From the NCBI GenBank assembly GCA_034226945.1, contig CP120455.1, forward strand, positions 496,001 to 560,000: a stretch of DNA of 64,000 nt. The letters are read 5' to 3'. The notes below the pieces were generated by a model that was given only the letters and a program-made list of their open reading frames with translations, did not search any database and had not been told where the DNA came from. This document shows positions 26,954 to 40,199 of the stretch, one piece after another; position 1 is the first letter of the stretch; every line of letters starts with the position of its first letter. A program made the translations under genes and the position numbers. Origin of the DNA: Picochlorum sp. SENEW3 (lineage: Eukaryota).

Positions 26954-27712
26954 TCATTCGTCATCATCCTCTCCCACTTTGAAAAATGTATAGCTCAGGG
27001 TGATGTTATTAATATGATCCACACGGGTATCTGTCGCATATTCTGGATCAATATAGAAAAACACGGGCATATCCAGCTTTTCTCCTGGTCGCAATCGCTG
27101 TTCCTCAAAACAAAAACACTGCACTTTATTGAAATACTGGCCCACCTGCTGTGGTGCGACATTATATGTTGATACCCCTGTAATGGCTTTATCACTCTGG
27201 TTTTCCACCGTATAAAATGCGAGCGTACTCTGACCTGGATGAATTTTCACAGATCGCTGCGTCGGAGCGAATTTCCATTCCAAGCCATCCGCAACATCTG
27301 CATTAAATGTTACTGTCAGTTCCCTTGCTGCTGCTGCCTTTTCCACATCCTCATCTCCCCCTTCTTTCCTCGCTTTGAGCTTCTCTTCTACAGTCTTGCC
27401 TTCTTTGATAGTCCCTCCAAACCCTGTCGCCTGGCAAAACATTCTATACAAAGGCACAGAGGCATATGTCAAGCCGACCATACCCACCACCACAGTCACC
27501 AAGTACAACCCTTGCTCTGTCACTCGCTTCTGCCGCTGTGCTGCTGCATTACGAGCTGTGCTATAGGATACAGAGCTACAACAATCGTACGCATTCCTGC
27601 TGTACCGAGACCCACGGAAAGAGAGTCCTATGAGGCCACCTTCAGTCTGCTGGCTCTGGTTCAGCAAGAGTCGCCCATATCGGGATGCTATGCTGTGTAA
27701 ATTTCTAGACAT
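26954..27712 (-). CDS. COX11: Cytochrome c oxidase assembly copper chaperone COX11
   Basis: YASVPLYRMFCQATGFGG, YFNKVQCFCFEEQRL, DMPVFFYIDP, ITLSYTFF. Confidence 0.97.
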   Translation of the reverse strand: MSRNLHSIASRYGRLLLNQSQQTEGGLIGLSFRGSRYSRNAYDCCSSVSYSTARNAAAQRQKRVTEQGLYLVTVVVGMVGLTYASVPLYRMFCQATGFGGTIKEGKTVEEKLKARKEGGDEDVEKAAAARELTVTFNADVADGLEWKFAPTQRSVKIHPGQSTLAFYTVENQSDKAITGVSTYNVAPQQVGQYFNKVQCFCFEEQRLRPGEKLDMPVFFYIDPEYATDTRVDHINNITLSYTFFKVGEDDDE

Positions 27713-28111
27713 AATACTACTACTTGTGAATCCTAAAATTCAAAAACCTGGTGGTACTACTACTGTAGACGGTATGGAATTAATTAATGTCCAAAGAACG
27801 GAATGCAACTCCTTCAACAACTACAGCTGGACGCCTCTATGCGTATAATCCACTCATGGCGTACCGTGGAAATTATAGCGAAATAATTATGGCGAATGCC
27901 ATGGGTTTTCCAAGAGCAACCATGTCGAGTTCCGTAATACAAACAATAAAAAGATCTTCTAGAAGAGACGAAGAAAATAGTTGTTATGAACAGCCATCAT
28001 GCATTGTCCATGCAATCCAGTTGGTAAACCCTTTGTGTCAAAACAAAAGTATGAATATACGAATGCGATCGGTCTTTGATGAATTCTATTCGTTCGAATT
28101 CGGAATAGAAT

Positions 28112-31100
28112 GTGCATAACCCGACCATGGTTATAATAAATACGTCAGAATCTCCTCCGAGTGTCCGTCGAGGGCTTGGAGGGCCTGGGAGATTTTCTTC
28201 TGTGGATTCTGAGTATTCAAAGGAGTATTGCATATATCTATGGTCGTACTATGCCAAGTACCTGCCCAGATTTGTGCGGCGTTCAATTTTGGGAATGGAA
28301 GGCTCGCTTGCTTTGTTTCCTAAGCTCAGAAACCCCATAGATGATTGTAAGGAAGAAATAAACACTACACAGAAAAAAAATAATGATAATTTTGGAGCTG
28401 ACGAGAATGCAGCGAGTGGGAACGGTGGGCCTGCAGGGGAGACTGGAGTGGATACTTTGGAGACAGCTCCAATGTCTGCGGAGAGTTTTGCTGCGGTAGC
28501 TATCATCGATGTTACTGGGTTTACGACGCTGACGACGAAAGCTAGTCGCGCTGGGACGCTTGGTGAAGATGTGTTGCATAGGTTTATGAATTCGTACTTT
28601 GCCAAGGTACTGGAGATGGTGGCTTCCTATGGAGGTGATGTGCTTCATTTTGCTGGAGATGCCATGATTGTTGTTTTTTTACCCACGGAAGATGAGAAAA
28701 AGTCTGGTACAATGAAAGAAGATGTCTGTTATCGGTCTGTGTATTGTATTCAAAGTATTATTCAGAAATATGGTAAGTTTTTGTCAACATTGTTGTGAGT
28801 CCATCTGTGATGTAATAATAATAATAATGTGCGTGCAGGGTGCGTGAAAATTACACGTCATGGAAACGTTGAAATGGTGGATGAGGAGGAAATGGTCGGT
28901 ATTCAGCTGAGTGAGCGCCAGGGCCTTGACATGGAGGCACAGGCTGAAGCGGTTGTGACATGCGAACCTGACTCATCAGTGGATGGTGATGGGGACGATG
29001 GGATCGAGTCAAGGATACAGCATAGTTTGGAGCGAATTCAGAAAGCTTTTGGGAGAAAGGGTCTGTGGTTTGATCAGCTGGATATACCGCTCAGGAAGGG
29101 TGTGTGGCTACCTGATGTGATGGAAAGTCCAAAAGGACATCAATCACTGCAAGGCAGTGATGGGCCAGTTCGTTCGGATTTGAGGTATGTCGGCCAAGTG
29201 CTGCGCGATGCCCAATCTAGAACATTGGAGATTATCACTCGATTGAGTGGTGTGTATCACTCACAGCAGCCAATGGAGAAGAAGGACAGTGTGTTGGAGA
29301 TGTTGTATAAAGGGGAGGAGTATGTGTTGCAAGAAGAATTGTCTTCCATCGATCAGCTCGTGTATTTGAAGGTGCGTCGCCTCTTTCATCCTTCCTTTTT
29401 ATTTTGTTCTTACAAAACTTTATGAGATCTCAATGGATGTGTCCACAGGGTATGGTTTCGTGCGGCGATGTCGAATTTTACCGGGTTGGAGGAAACTTTC
29501 AGGACAAGATGGAATCGGTGTCGGAGGTGGTCATGGTGGATAAAGGATCACTGAAAGGCAGCACGCCTTCTACGAGTGGGCCGATGAGGGAATTTGCTGA
29601 GATGGATCAAATAATTAGACCCAATCAAACGTTGATAGCTCCGAGGACGGCATCTTTATTACATGGCAAGATATTTGGGAAGCATGTTTTTCGTAGAGGC
29701 ATGCTGCATGTTCTTGCTGTTAGACCACCAAGCTCAATGGCGATGACATCTGCTATGTTCTCAGATCCTGATTTAGATGAAGAGGAATCTTTCCTAGAGC
29801 AAATGAGTGAGGATTCTTGTCAACAGGCATTGAATGCCTTAGTTGCACACATCCCAACGCCTATCAAGAATATGACGAGTGATGACCAAAGTAGCCTTGG
29901 GATGACTGGGTCGAGGATCTGCAGCATTCTCTTTTTTGGATTTCCATCCCTGAACTTGTTTACTACATTAGACTCAGTGCAAAATGTCTTTACAATTGTT
30001 CAGAAGCACCTGGCAAGGAATGGCAGTGCAGTGTTGCAGATGAGAAATGATGAAAAAGGCTTTGCATTGATTGGAGGGTTTGGTCTTCCAGGTCACTCAA
30101 AACATGCGAGAGATTCTCCTGCGGAAGTTGCTGTACTATCGGCTTTTGAAATACTTGAAGATTTGGAAAAGGAAGGTTTTCGTGCAAAAGTCGGCATTAC
30201 AACCGGCTATGTTCTGTGCACATCAATTGGTTCAGATCTTCGCTGTGAATATTCTGTCTTTGGGGATACGGTCAATTTGGCTGCAAGGCTCATGGTTTTT
30301 GCCATAAAGAGTCATTATTCCATATTTTGTGATGAGGAAACACAGTCCATGTGTTCATCAGGGGAATTTAATTTCCAAGCGTTGCATTCTATACCAATCA
30401 AAGGGTTTCTGGAGTACAAGAATGTGTTTTCTGTTGAGAAAGGTGTGGCAGAGAGGCTATCTGAGGATGATCCAACATCTGAAACACCCTATAAACATTT
30501 TCTTCAAAGGCTTGATTCTATATTTGTCGGTGCGTTCTTGTTTTGCAAATGGTTGAGATAATTGCCTATGTCTGATGCACGTGATTCATCGCCCAATGAT
30601 GCAGGACGAGAGACATATATTAAAAAGATTCTAAGCCATGTTGAACTGCTTCGCCAAGGAATCGGCTCAATCATCAATATTACTGGGTTTTCTGGTGTTG
30701 GGAAAACAGCACTATTCAATCACATCTTTCAGAGTGGTCAGTACAAGGATGTTGAAAATTTGACTACAAAATCCCTCTGTATGAAAGAAAGCATCTGGAA
30801 AAGTTTTCAGGATATGATCAATGGCATATCAATACCATCAAAGATCTCTGGTGGACTCAACAAATTTGAAAAACTGCATGCTGAAGACATTGATGCATTT
30901 CAGAGCATGATCTTTGAATCATTGCAGATGCAAGATGACAGCAACTCAATTGAAAATCTACCTGCTTTGTTAAGTCTTGCTATTTCCAAAGGAAGATTTG
31001 ATGAGAAAACATTAAGTGGATTGAACTCAATGGAGCAAATTGACATTGTTTCAGAATTTTTGATGACCATTGTACAGAATTATGTTGAGTCAGAAGGGTC

Positions 31101-32850
31101 TTTCATTCTGTTTATCGATAATATTGAGCTTGCACCTCCAGTGATTTGGAGGCTGGCAAGAAAACTCTTGCACAGAGGCTTGCCTGTGCTCTTCATACTC
31201 TCTCTGAGATGGTCCCAATTCATATTTCTGAATGGAACGAATTGGATGGAGGATGCTGATAGCGCATCATCGAGAAAAGAACCCGCCGAAGAATTTATTG
31301 GGTTCAATTATTACATGCACAATGCGCCAATTGAAAGCATACAGTCTCCACTGTTACAGGACTTTTTTTCTATTGTTCTGGATGATTCAGTAACAACCCT
31401 GGTCATGCGAGATTTATCAGAGGTTGAAGTGTGTCAGTTCATCGCTAAAGCATTTCCTGGGTTGAGAATCGATGGCCGGTTTTTACATTCTGTATTGGCT
31501 GGGCATCCAGGCTGCATGAAATTGCTCTGTATTTTCCTCTACCTGCATCACCAGAAGCGAACAGAACATGAGACGCCAGTTGGCTCTCTCTCTTCATTAC
31601 TTTTGTACCAGATACGAACATTTTCGCCAATGTGGTCGAGGTCCCAAGCCCAATTCGATTTGATGACTCCAGAAGGGAGATACGTTGGCGTGCATTTTTT
31701 GATCATGGGAAATGTTGTGCCCGAACAAATACTCGTAAAATACTGCTCAGACCTGACAGAGGAACAAGTTTGTCATACTCTGGAAGTACTGGAATACGTT
31801 GGATACTTGATCAAGCATGAAAGTGACGATGGGTCCAAATATTGGGAGACTAAAAACCCTGTTCTTCGCCAGTCATATCTTGACATGATACCCACCTCCA
31901 CAAAGCGAGATCTGAGAGCTCGGCTCGCCATGGTATTCGAGCAAATGTATTACGATGGAGAGTTGCGATTTGATCTAATCGGGTGGTATTGGAGGGAAGC
32001 TTGTCGAGCTTGCGAAGGCATTTTATGGAGGAGGGCACTAAGAGCCATTGCAGCATTTGAAGATTGTGCATGTGTCCAATTGGACAAGGGAAATTACGCT
32101 CTCGCCGAAGAAAGCCTCACCTCTGCTATCAGTTTAGCCATATCTCTGACCGAATCTAGTGTACACGCAGAGATCAAACCTGTCCCTCGGTGGAGGATTG
32201 CAGCATGGGAACGGTCTCTTGCTGCCTGCAAGGTAATGAAGGAATCTTTTGATGCAGAAGAGATTGCTCTCCACTGCCTGAAAGCCATCACACTACTCGG
32301 AGACCCCTTGCCATGGAATTATACAGAAATTGCAAACACTTTGCATCCAAAAGTCTTCCCCAAGCCGTCAAAGTTGGTGGCATCCATGCTTGCCTTGGGA
32401 CGGCATAAGGAAGGCAGGAAACAGTCCTCAATCACAGGCTTTGCCAATCTCGGCAATCCACAGTGGGTAATCATCGATGATGGCGAAGATCAATATGAAA
32501 CAATACCTGAACTGGTAGGCATGACCACATCATTCCTTCCATCTAAGGGCAAGACTGTGGCTGATGAGATTGAACAGGAAAGGACATACATAGTGCAGAT
32601 TCTCACCTACATTTTTGAATCGTCAGGGCCTTGGGACCCTTCAAGCATCGACTATGTCTCTAAATATTGCAGCTTTATTTCTTCCAGATCAACCTCGCAG
32701 AAAACAATATCGAAAATTCGCGGTGTGAAAGCGCATGTGGCCAAATTAGCAGCCTCTGCGCAGCAGCAAACAAATGCAGTATTTTCTCTTGACTCTGCAG
32801 CACACCCAATCATGACATCGCGACCATCTCTGAATTATTCTGACATGTAA
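28112..32850 (+). CDS. Soluble adenylyl cyclase (ADCY10/sAC)-like protein: two class III cyclase domains + STAND P-loop NTPase; introns ~28772-28838, 29372-29448, 30529-30604; may start at ATG 27787 or 28127
   Basis: C1: AIIDVTGFTTLT, VLHFAGDAMIVVF; C2: NDEKG, GFGLPG, VGITTGYVLC, RCEYSVFGDTVNLAARLM; FVG|RE then Walker A GFSGVGKT, Walker B ILFIDN. Confidence 0.85.
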
Positions 32851-33196
32851 GCATTGCATATTGTCGACGAACAAAATCGCGACTCCAATTCCCTTTCTGT
32901 GTGTATTCATCAGGTCTCTACAGACCACACAGATTCATAGCCTCCCATTGTTGGCTATGGGAGATTCATGACCACCATCGGTGGTTCGCGTACGACGAGC
33001 GGTTCTGCATCCACAGACAATGCATTCCCATTGCTCAGCCAAGACCGAGACAAAAGCTCATCGCCGCTCCATTTTATAATCACTTTTCTTTTGGGAGGTT
33101 ATCTCATCGATAATCTACCCCTCCGATTATTCACAGCGGAGTACGAGTACCTGCTTTTTTTCTGCAGTCGGCCACCGCTGGATATTCGTCACAACC

Positions 33197-34588
33197 ATGG
33201 CGACGCATATAACGATGATATCATTCCCCCAATCTCATACTAGGGCAAAATGTGGTATTAAAATGCATCCACATCGCCAATTACTGTGGAACAGCGGGGT
33301 TCAGTATCAGCCACATGTCTCTAGTCGGCATGTGGCGTCTGCAGGGTGCTCCAACCAAATAGTGGTCGGTTGGCCAGAAGAAGAATATCCAGACTCGAAA
33401 GAGTCCATCTATAACCGATCAGATGATACGAAAACCGACGTTCTTGGTCTCGGTCAGGCAATGGTGGACTTTGGTGCGAGTGTCGAAAACTCGTGGCTCG
33501 AAAAGCACGGGGTGGCCAAAGGAAGCAGGAGCCTCATCTCCGTGCAAGAGCGCACATCCATTCTGGAGGGCATTGATGAGTATCACATTGCAGCTGGTGG
33601 ATCTCTATCAAACACATTGATTGATCTTGCAAGGCTGGCACGAGCAAACTCGACTGGCCCAGAGGCTGAGTTCAAAGTTGCCATGGCAGGCTTGGTGGGC
33701 AGCGATGCACTAGGCTCATATTACAGATCTCAAATGAAATCAGCAGGAGTTTCAGTCATCGCTCCCCAAGAAGAGAACGTACACACTGGCACGGTGATTG
33801 TGCTGACAACAGACGATGCACAGAGAACAATGTTGTCATACTTGGGCACACAGAAAGAGGTGGAGATTAGCAAGGAATTAGAGCAAGCAATTAGTAATAC
33901 ATCCATTTTAGTTATCGAAGGATATCTTTGGGAGCTTCCAAACGCATCAAAGACCATCTTGCAGGCAATCCGTGTTGCCAAAGAGCATGGCGTCCAAATT
34001 GCCATGACTGCAGGCGATGCAGGGGTTGTCGATCGCAACAGCGAAGCAATGTGGGAAAGCATCCATGCAGGTGTAGATATTCTTTTCACCAATGCGGATG
34101 AAGCTGCATCACTCGCCCGCAATAGACCAATTAGCAATGATGGCTCCATCATCAAGGAATCCATCAGCCCAGTAACCTCCAAGGCAGAAGCTGCAGCCCT
34201 TTGTTTGGCTCCATTCTGCCCAATGGTGTGCGTCACTGACGGTAGTGTAGGTAGTGTCATAGCATCCTTGGGACAAATGTGGGTAATTCCTCCCCACTGG
34301 ACCCAATCACCTCCAGTGGATACCTGTGGTGCAGGAGATGCATGGGCAGCAGGGATGCTCTTCGGGCTCCTCTCCGGGGGCGATATTGTCTCCATGGGAC
34401 ACGTAGCATCTAGATCAGCCTCCGCAGTCATCGCCAAGCATGGCCCAACGCTCTGCCCAGAGGCAGCTGCCTCAGTCATGCCCCAAAAGTCAAGAACAAA
34501 CGTTGTCTCATCTTCTGGCCTGAAGGCCATGAAGAACGACCAGATCTACGTGACTGACTCTGAAACTCTCGGTGATTTCTCAGCATAA
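33197..34588 (+). CDS. PfkB/ribokinase-family carbohydrate (nucleoside) kinase
   Basis: DVLGLGQAMVD, AGGSLSNT, VGSDALG, DAQRTM, EGYLWE, FTNADEA, VDTCGAGDAWAAG. Confidence 0.92.
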   Translation: MATHITMISFPQSHTRAKCGIKMHPHRQLLWNSGVQYQPHVSSRHVASAGCSNQIVVGWPEEEYPDSKESIYNRSDDTKTDVLGLGQAMVDFGASVENSWLEKHGVAKGSRSLISVQERTSILEGIDEYHIAAGGSLSNTLIDLARLARANSTGPEAEFKVAMAGLVGSDALGSYYRSQMKSAGVSVIAPQEENVHTGTVIVLTTDDAQRTMLSYLGTQKEVEISKELEQAISNTSILVIEGYLWELPNASKTILQAIRVAKEHGVQIAMTAGDAGVVDRNSEAMWESIHAGVDILFTNADEAASLARNRPISNDGSIIKESISPVTSKAEAAALCLAPFCPMVCVTDGSVGSVIASLGQMWVIPPHWTQSPPVDTCGAGDAWAAGMLFGLLSGGDIVSMGHVASRSASAVIAKHGPTLCPEAAASVMPQKSRTNVVSSSGLKAMKNDQIYVTDSETLGDFSA

Positions 34589-35018
34589 TAAATGCTGACG
34601 TGTAGTACAGACGGGTACTTTATTATTAGTATAGATATAATTTTTTCTGTTTTCGACTCGAGAATCATTCAATTTTCTTCCATTTTATGCAACATACTGC
34701 AACCAAGTAAGTATATATACTTACTAGATATATATCTCATGAATTCGGATATGATTCATTGAATCCTATGATATGTGACGACATATCCAATGCACCATGA
34801 TGAGCCCACTCACTCACTCACTACAGTGTGTTGCCAGTACTACTGACTCGAGAGAATGAGGCGCCGGCGCCACCTCTGGAGAATCGGTTGCCTTGGGGCA
34901 ATCATCTTGACCAAATTGACATCGTTACGCGCATATATACTGCATCCACTCGTCACCTACTGATATATTTTGAATTTTTTTTCATCTACGTGTAGTACTG
35001 AAAGAACATATCATCATC

Positions 35019-36554
35019 ATGAGAGCGCTGAGAGTAATTACCCTTTTCATTTTGCTCAGCTGCGCGGCGTTGTTAGCACGCGGTCAAGAAGGTACGCCAC
35101 CTTACACGTGGCCCCTCTCTGTGCCTTTGCCTGTCGATCCTTTACAAAAATAAAACATGTGTACAAATCATCGGGGGATTGAGTGCTTCCATCTCCATGG
35201 GGAGAATAAGAATTTCTGTTTGGTCAACGCGTTCTGAAAGCAGTGACGACCGTCCATCTGTGTCTTATGTATATCGCCATATGTACTGCAGAAAGTGAGG
35301 ATCGGATTTTGTTGAGCGTGCGCAAGGCCGCAGTGGTGAATACGACGAGCACGAATGTGACTGTCGGTATGTTGTTGATAATGACTCCATCTAGTGTTCT
35401 TTGTGGCCACGACCATGTCCATATGGGATGCGGCATGTTCTTGATATTTTGACTACCGTTGCATGATTCCTCCAGGATTTTACACCGGTCCAAACCTGAG
35501 CAAGGTGGAGTTTTTGGTATCATGCGGCCCTGTGAACTCGACCTGCACAGACCCTTCCTCTGGTAATGATACAGCAGGGGTTTTGCCCAAGGCGGTGTCA
35601 TATATCGAAGCAACTGTCACTGGATTGGCAGAGAATACCACGTATTGGTGTTATGTGTCATCTTCTATCGGCAAGGTGTCCAAGTGCCAGGGACCATATG
35701 TAGCAACCACTGGTGTGTCACCAACACCTGTTCCAATTCCTCAGGCAAACTTATTCGGAAGCAATTTTGGGAATAACAATCCGGGGGCGAACGAAATCTT
35801 CAAGAAGTATCCAATTGTGGATGGATCATATGTGTCGGTACTCATCGAAGATATATCTGTCGTCAGTCTCAGCGGAAATACTGGTGCCATCTTGGGAGGA
35901 CCACCTGGTAGGCGTAGAAACCTCATGGCGGCTGCGTCACTTCGAATCAGTGCGAACATGTCTGCTCAAACGCCACAATTTGATACCACCATCGATACCA
36001 CTGGGGTTTCTCTGGTCGATATCAGTCTGTCTGGGAACGCGTTGGCTGGTGTAGACTTTTCTGGATCATTGTACTACACATCAGATTACTCTACCACAAA
36101 CCTCTCGCTTGTGGCACAAGGCAACTTCTCAAAGGTGGCGTTGAGCGACCCCTCTGTACTTGTATTTGACGATGAAGAATTTTCCCTCAATTACAGTGAT
36201 GACGCAGAATGCCCATCTCTGAGTCCTGTGAACACCACTGGTATGGATCTGTCCTCATCAGACGTGTACATCTCCCTGAGTGGTGCAGGTGCTGCTGTTA
36301 CTGACAGTAATGGTACATTGTTTTATACCCCTGACATTACGGCTCCAATATGGACACAGATACCATTCCCACCTGGTATTTCTGTGTTGAAGGAGGTGAG
36401 CTTGGCTGGCAAACAACTCGTTGTTGTCGATTCGAGTCTTGATCCAAGCGGTGCCAGCGTATGGTACGTTGAAGACATTACAATGGTCGTTGACGAGAAT
36501 TCATGGACAAGTATTGGTGGAGCACTGAGATCAGTCTCTATTTCTGAGCCATGA
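35019..36554 (+). CDS. Secreted glycoprotein: signal peptide, Fn3-like domain, beta-propeller-like repeats; 2 introns
   Basis: MRALRVITLFILLSCAALLARG signal exon; VTGLAENTTYWCYV (Fn3-like); repeated ISLSG...LYY/LFY/VWY blades; many N-x-S/T sites. Confidence 0.6.
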
Positions 36555-37015
36555 GAATCTTTTTCAGAAACCTGGTTGACTCTGCTGCAAGGAGTTCCGA
36601 CGACTCCTTGCCGTGAAGATCCGATACCAGCCAGCCAAGATGCTTCATATACCATCTGATCTGTTGTTGTTGACAATGTAACCATCATCTTGGCAATGAT
36701 TGATTTCAACCAAACAAAGGTCCCGGTCAATCGTGACTGTCGATGGGAGCATGCCCTATGTTGGTCTCGGACCCACCCAGGAACCCACGCAGTCGGACAC
36801 GCAGTGACTTGGCCCGCGTTGGATCCAACGACCGTGGATCCGAGGTCGTGCAACCCATGAAATCCTTCATAGCCCCTGAGACTCCCTGGAAAACCCCAAT
36901 TTAATGGCTACATACATGTTATTCAACTATCTGTAGGACCCTGTGTCACGGTTATACTCTGTTGGGTGAGTAACCGAAGACTTTATTATTACACACGGTC
37001 CAATCACCCAACACG

Positions 37016-38669
37016 ATGAACGACGATCAGACTGTGCGGATGAGGTACGAGCCTTTGGCCAGATTGATTGCGAATATATACTCATAGTAGTCAATTGGTT
37101 GTCTTGGATGCGGTTGTCTGCTGTCTAGGAGCGTTACAAGCGTTGTGGTTCGTCCGTGTGTGTAGGGTACCCGTCGACGGAACGGCCTCTTCGTCCGATA
37201 GAGAGATTGTTATATCCGCACCCGATGCGACTGGATTGGGTGTCGATATTACTCGGGTTTTCTTGGATTTTGGGGTCACCGTGAAGGATTGTGACTTGAT
37301 GGTTGACGGCGGATGGGTATTGCTGGTGTTTCGGGTGTCACTAGAGAGGGATACTCCTGCCCGGTGGGGTTTACTCAAGCAGAAGTTGTACAGCGTGTGC
37401 CCAAAGGATATTGATAAGCTTCATGTGTTGTCTCATATTCCAAAGGTGGACAGTGCGCCATTTATTGTGACGATATTTGGCACTGATTTTCATGGGATGC
37501 TGCATCAGATTGCCCATGCCCTAATCGATGCTGATTGCTCTTTGTGTAAAGCGCATGTATCGACTGAAGGAAATGTTGTGACGGATACGTTCTGGATATA
37601 TGATAATAAAGGACGTTTGCCTCATTCGAGTAGAAGGACTGATATTTCCAATCGATTGATTGGGTTGCTCGGGAGCCATGTTGGATGTGAAATTTCTCCA
37701 GCACCGCGTGCGGCACACGTCGTGCCGAAGAATATTTCTGCTGTTTTGGAATCTGGGTATGCGGAGGGATGTGGAACTCGTCGGTTGGCATGCAAAGATG
37801 CTGCATCCCATTCGAGCCTACAGTCGTTGGCAGAGGATGGGCGGCATACAATGAGGCAGTGGAGCAGCAGTGATTCGCTCAGTAGCCATGAGATGTCGGA
37901 AAGTTCTCAACAAAGTAAAATGGCGTCGCTTCTCTCGTTCAAGAGCCAGCTGTCTGTGGTATCAAAGGAGTTTGATAAGACTGAATTGGTGTCCATTGAT
38001 GTCGATTCAGAGACCTCGAATGAATTCATTCTGTTGCAGATACGTTGCAAAGATAGGAAAGGTCTTTTATATGATATATTTGTTCAGCTGAAAGAGATTC
38101 GAGTCCGAGTGGCAAATTGTAGGACAAAGGTGGATCGCATGGGACATGCAACCATTGATTTAATGATTCAAGATGCGTATGGAGGGGAGCTTGTGTCCTG
38201 CCAGTCGACTCCAGCACTCGTTGCTAGATTAAAAGAAGCTGTTGCCAAGCCAGTGCAGGTGTTTTTGAGTAATGCAGATACCAATGGTTTCTATAAATTG
38301 CTTGTGGTGGCAATGATTGACTGTGGAGGACGTGGGCGCCCAAGAGTCGTGTATGATGTCTCGAAAGTCCTTGCTGACGTTCGTATGTCAATCGTTGATT
38401 GTGAGGTGTTTGTGGAAGAAGGTGTTTCCGATGAAGATGAGTCGTATGAAGTTCATACATTTTCCATCCGGCCATGCGTTCAGTCTCTAAGCCTGTCACA
38501 AGATGATAAGCGCCATCTTGCTGAAGCTATCGTGCAGTGTTTGGAAGGAAAATTCAATCGTCGCACTCCGTTTGTTATTACAGCTGATATGAATGATTCC
38601 CCCGCTGGTGATCACTTGTCTGATAGACATTTGGGGTATCCTAAAGAAGTTCACCAAGTGAACGCTTGA
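37016..38669 (+). CDS. ACT-domain-repeat (ACR) protein; intron ~37045-37165
   Basis: Four ACT-like units: APDATGLGVDITR, DFHGMLHQIAHAL, CKDRKGLLYD, GRGRPRVVYDVS. Confidence 0.88.
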
Positions 38670-38828
38670 TTTTGTTTTCCCGTGTCGTGTTTTATTTTTA
38701 CATGTTGAAGGATCGTGGTTTCCTTTTTTTTTTTTGAATTAGAGATTAACGGATGATGATGATTATTATATATATAAACTACGGTATAGAGTGCTCAAGT
38801 GTGCGAATTGTAAACAAGAACGTCTCTG

Positions 38829-39747
38829 TCATAGCATGCACAATAGTTTCATGATTTGTGACTCTGCTGAGATGCATGGAGGTCGTGGAAGTGATGTATG
38901 TTCTAGAAGAAACTTGGCTGCTTTTCCCATGTTCTTTATTTCTAAAAGAAGAGCACTCGCTGCAAACAGCTCACCTAGTATGCCACATGCTATTTTCAGG
39001 ACAATACCAGCTGTTCCAATGATTTCAGAGAATGTTGTGAATGCCCAGGGCAAGAATGCAAAAAATAAAGCGGCGAGTGCATACATCATTGTGAGTCTTC
39101 GTCCAAGGTTGAAGCACTTTTGCCATGTTGAGCAGCCGATGCAACAGCTTGCTGTAGATACAGTGGCCATGTTGCCAGTGAAGGAAACAATGTCATCCAG
39201 TTTCTCACGCCCAAGATCTACATTCCGAATGCAAAGAATCGACTTTGCAGACTTCCAGAGAAGTATCTCATGTTGGCCTCCCAACTCGAGTAATGTATCA
39301 TCAGTTTTGAAAGCATCTTTACTGACGTGGCACCCACAGCTGGGGCATCTCCTGTTCACTGGGGAGCCTGTAACACATTGGATATATATAATACATGTAG
39401 TAGACATTATACACATACAATACGCTCATACCTGTAAATGGACATTTCTTTGTGGACTTTTCCCAAAGAGTGAGCCATGGGAATGTGTCAAAATATGTCT
39501 CAAGGCGGGTTACTAGTATGGTGGAGCCCACTAGAAGAAAGTACAGGGCAACACATGCGCTAGAAACTGACGTCAGGACATAATCTTGGATTTGAATAGT
39601 GTGTTGGACAGAGTTACCATGAATTGAGTACAGAATGACAGCTGGTGACATCAAAAGCAGAATCAATGCTCCAGTCACTGGGCCACTTATGAGTGGGATA
39701 CTCAACGGAAACAGTGCAAGCGTCACGATCATTATCTTCTCTTGCAA
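38829..39747 (-). CDS. Hypothetical multi-pass membrane protein(s); exon structure uncertain
   Basis: Two overlapping hydrophobic ORFs with an intron-like segment ~39370-39431. Confidence 0.35.
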
Positions 39748-40199
39748 TCAGAAATGGTTTTTAATTTTATCTAGGGTTGTGTATTAGGACTGGGCCAATG
39801 ACGCTGAAGACTTCGAAGGCTCTTGTTCTTGTGCGTTATTTGAGGCATGGATCTTGTCATCACTGTCACAAGTCAATGGACCATGTTTCTTTACGAGTGC
39901 CTCGTCATGTGTCCTACTCTGGTATATGATCGTCTCAAAACCTTTTGAGAACATTGAAAAATAAATCAAAGGGGTTCTTTGAGTTTCCAGGTACCAGTGG
40001 CCCACATTCTACATCTTTGTTTTTATATACAAAGCTTGGCTGAGGCTGAGCCCATCTGGTTTCGAAAAAATAGGTCGGAGTTGTGAGATGGGTGCTTCGA
40101 AAAAGATCTACATGATACTTTTATTAAGTTTATATAGCCTCCAGTTGACAAAAGCAGTATATGACGTACGGGATATGCGCATGATAATTAAGGGGCATC

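Noticed and set aside
36569..36586. AACCTGGTTGACTCTGC resembles the 5' end of 18S rRNA
   Set aside because: Similarity ends after ~17 nt and no rRNA sequence follows; chance match.
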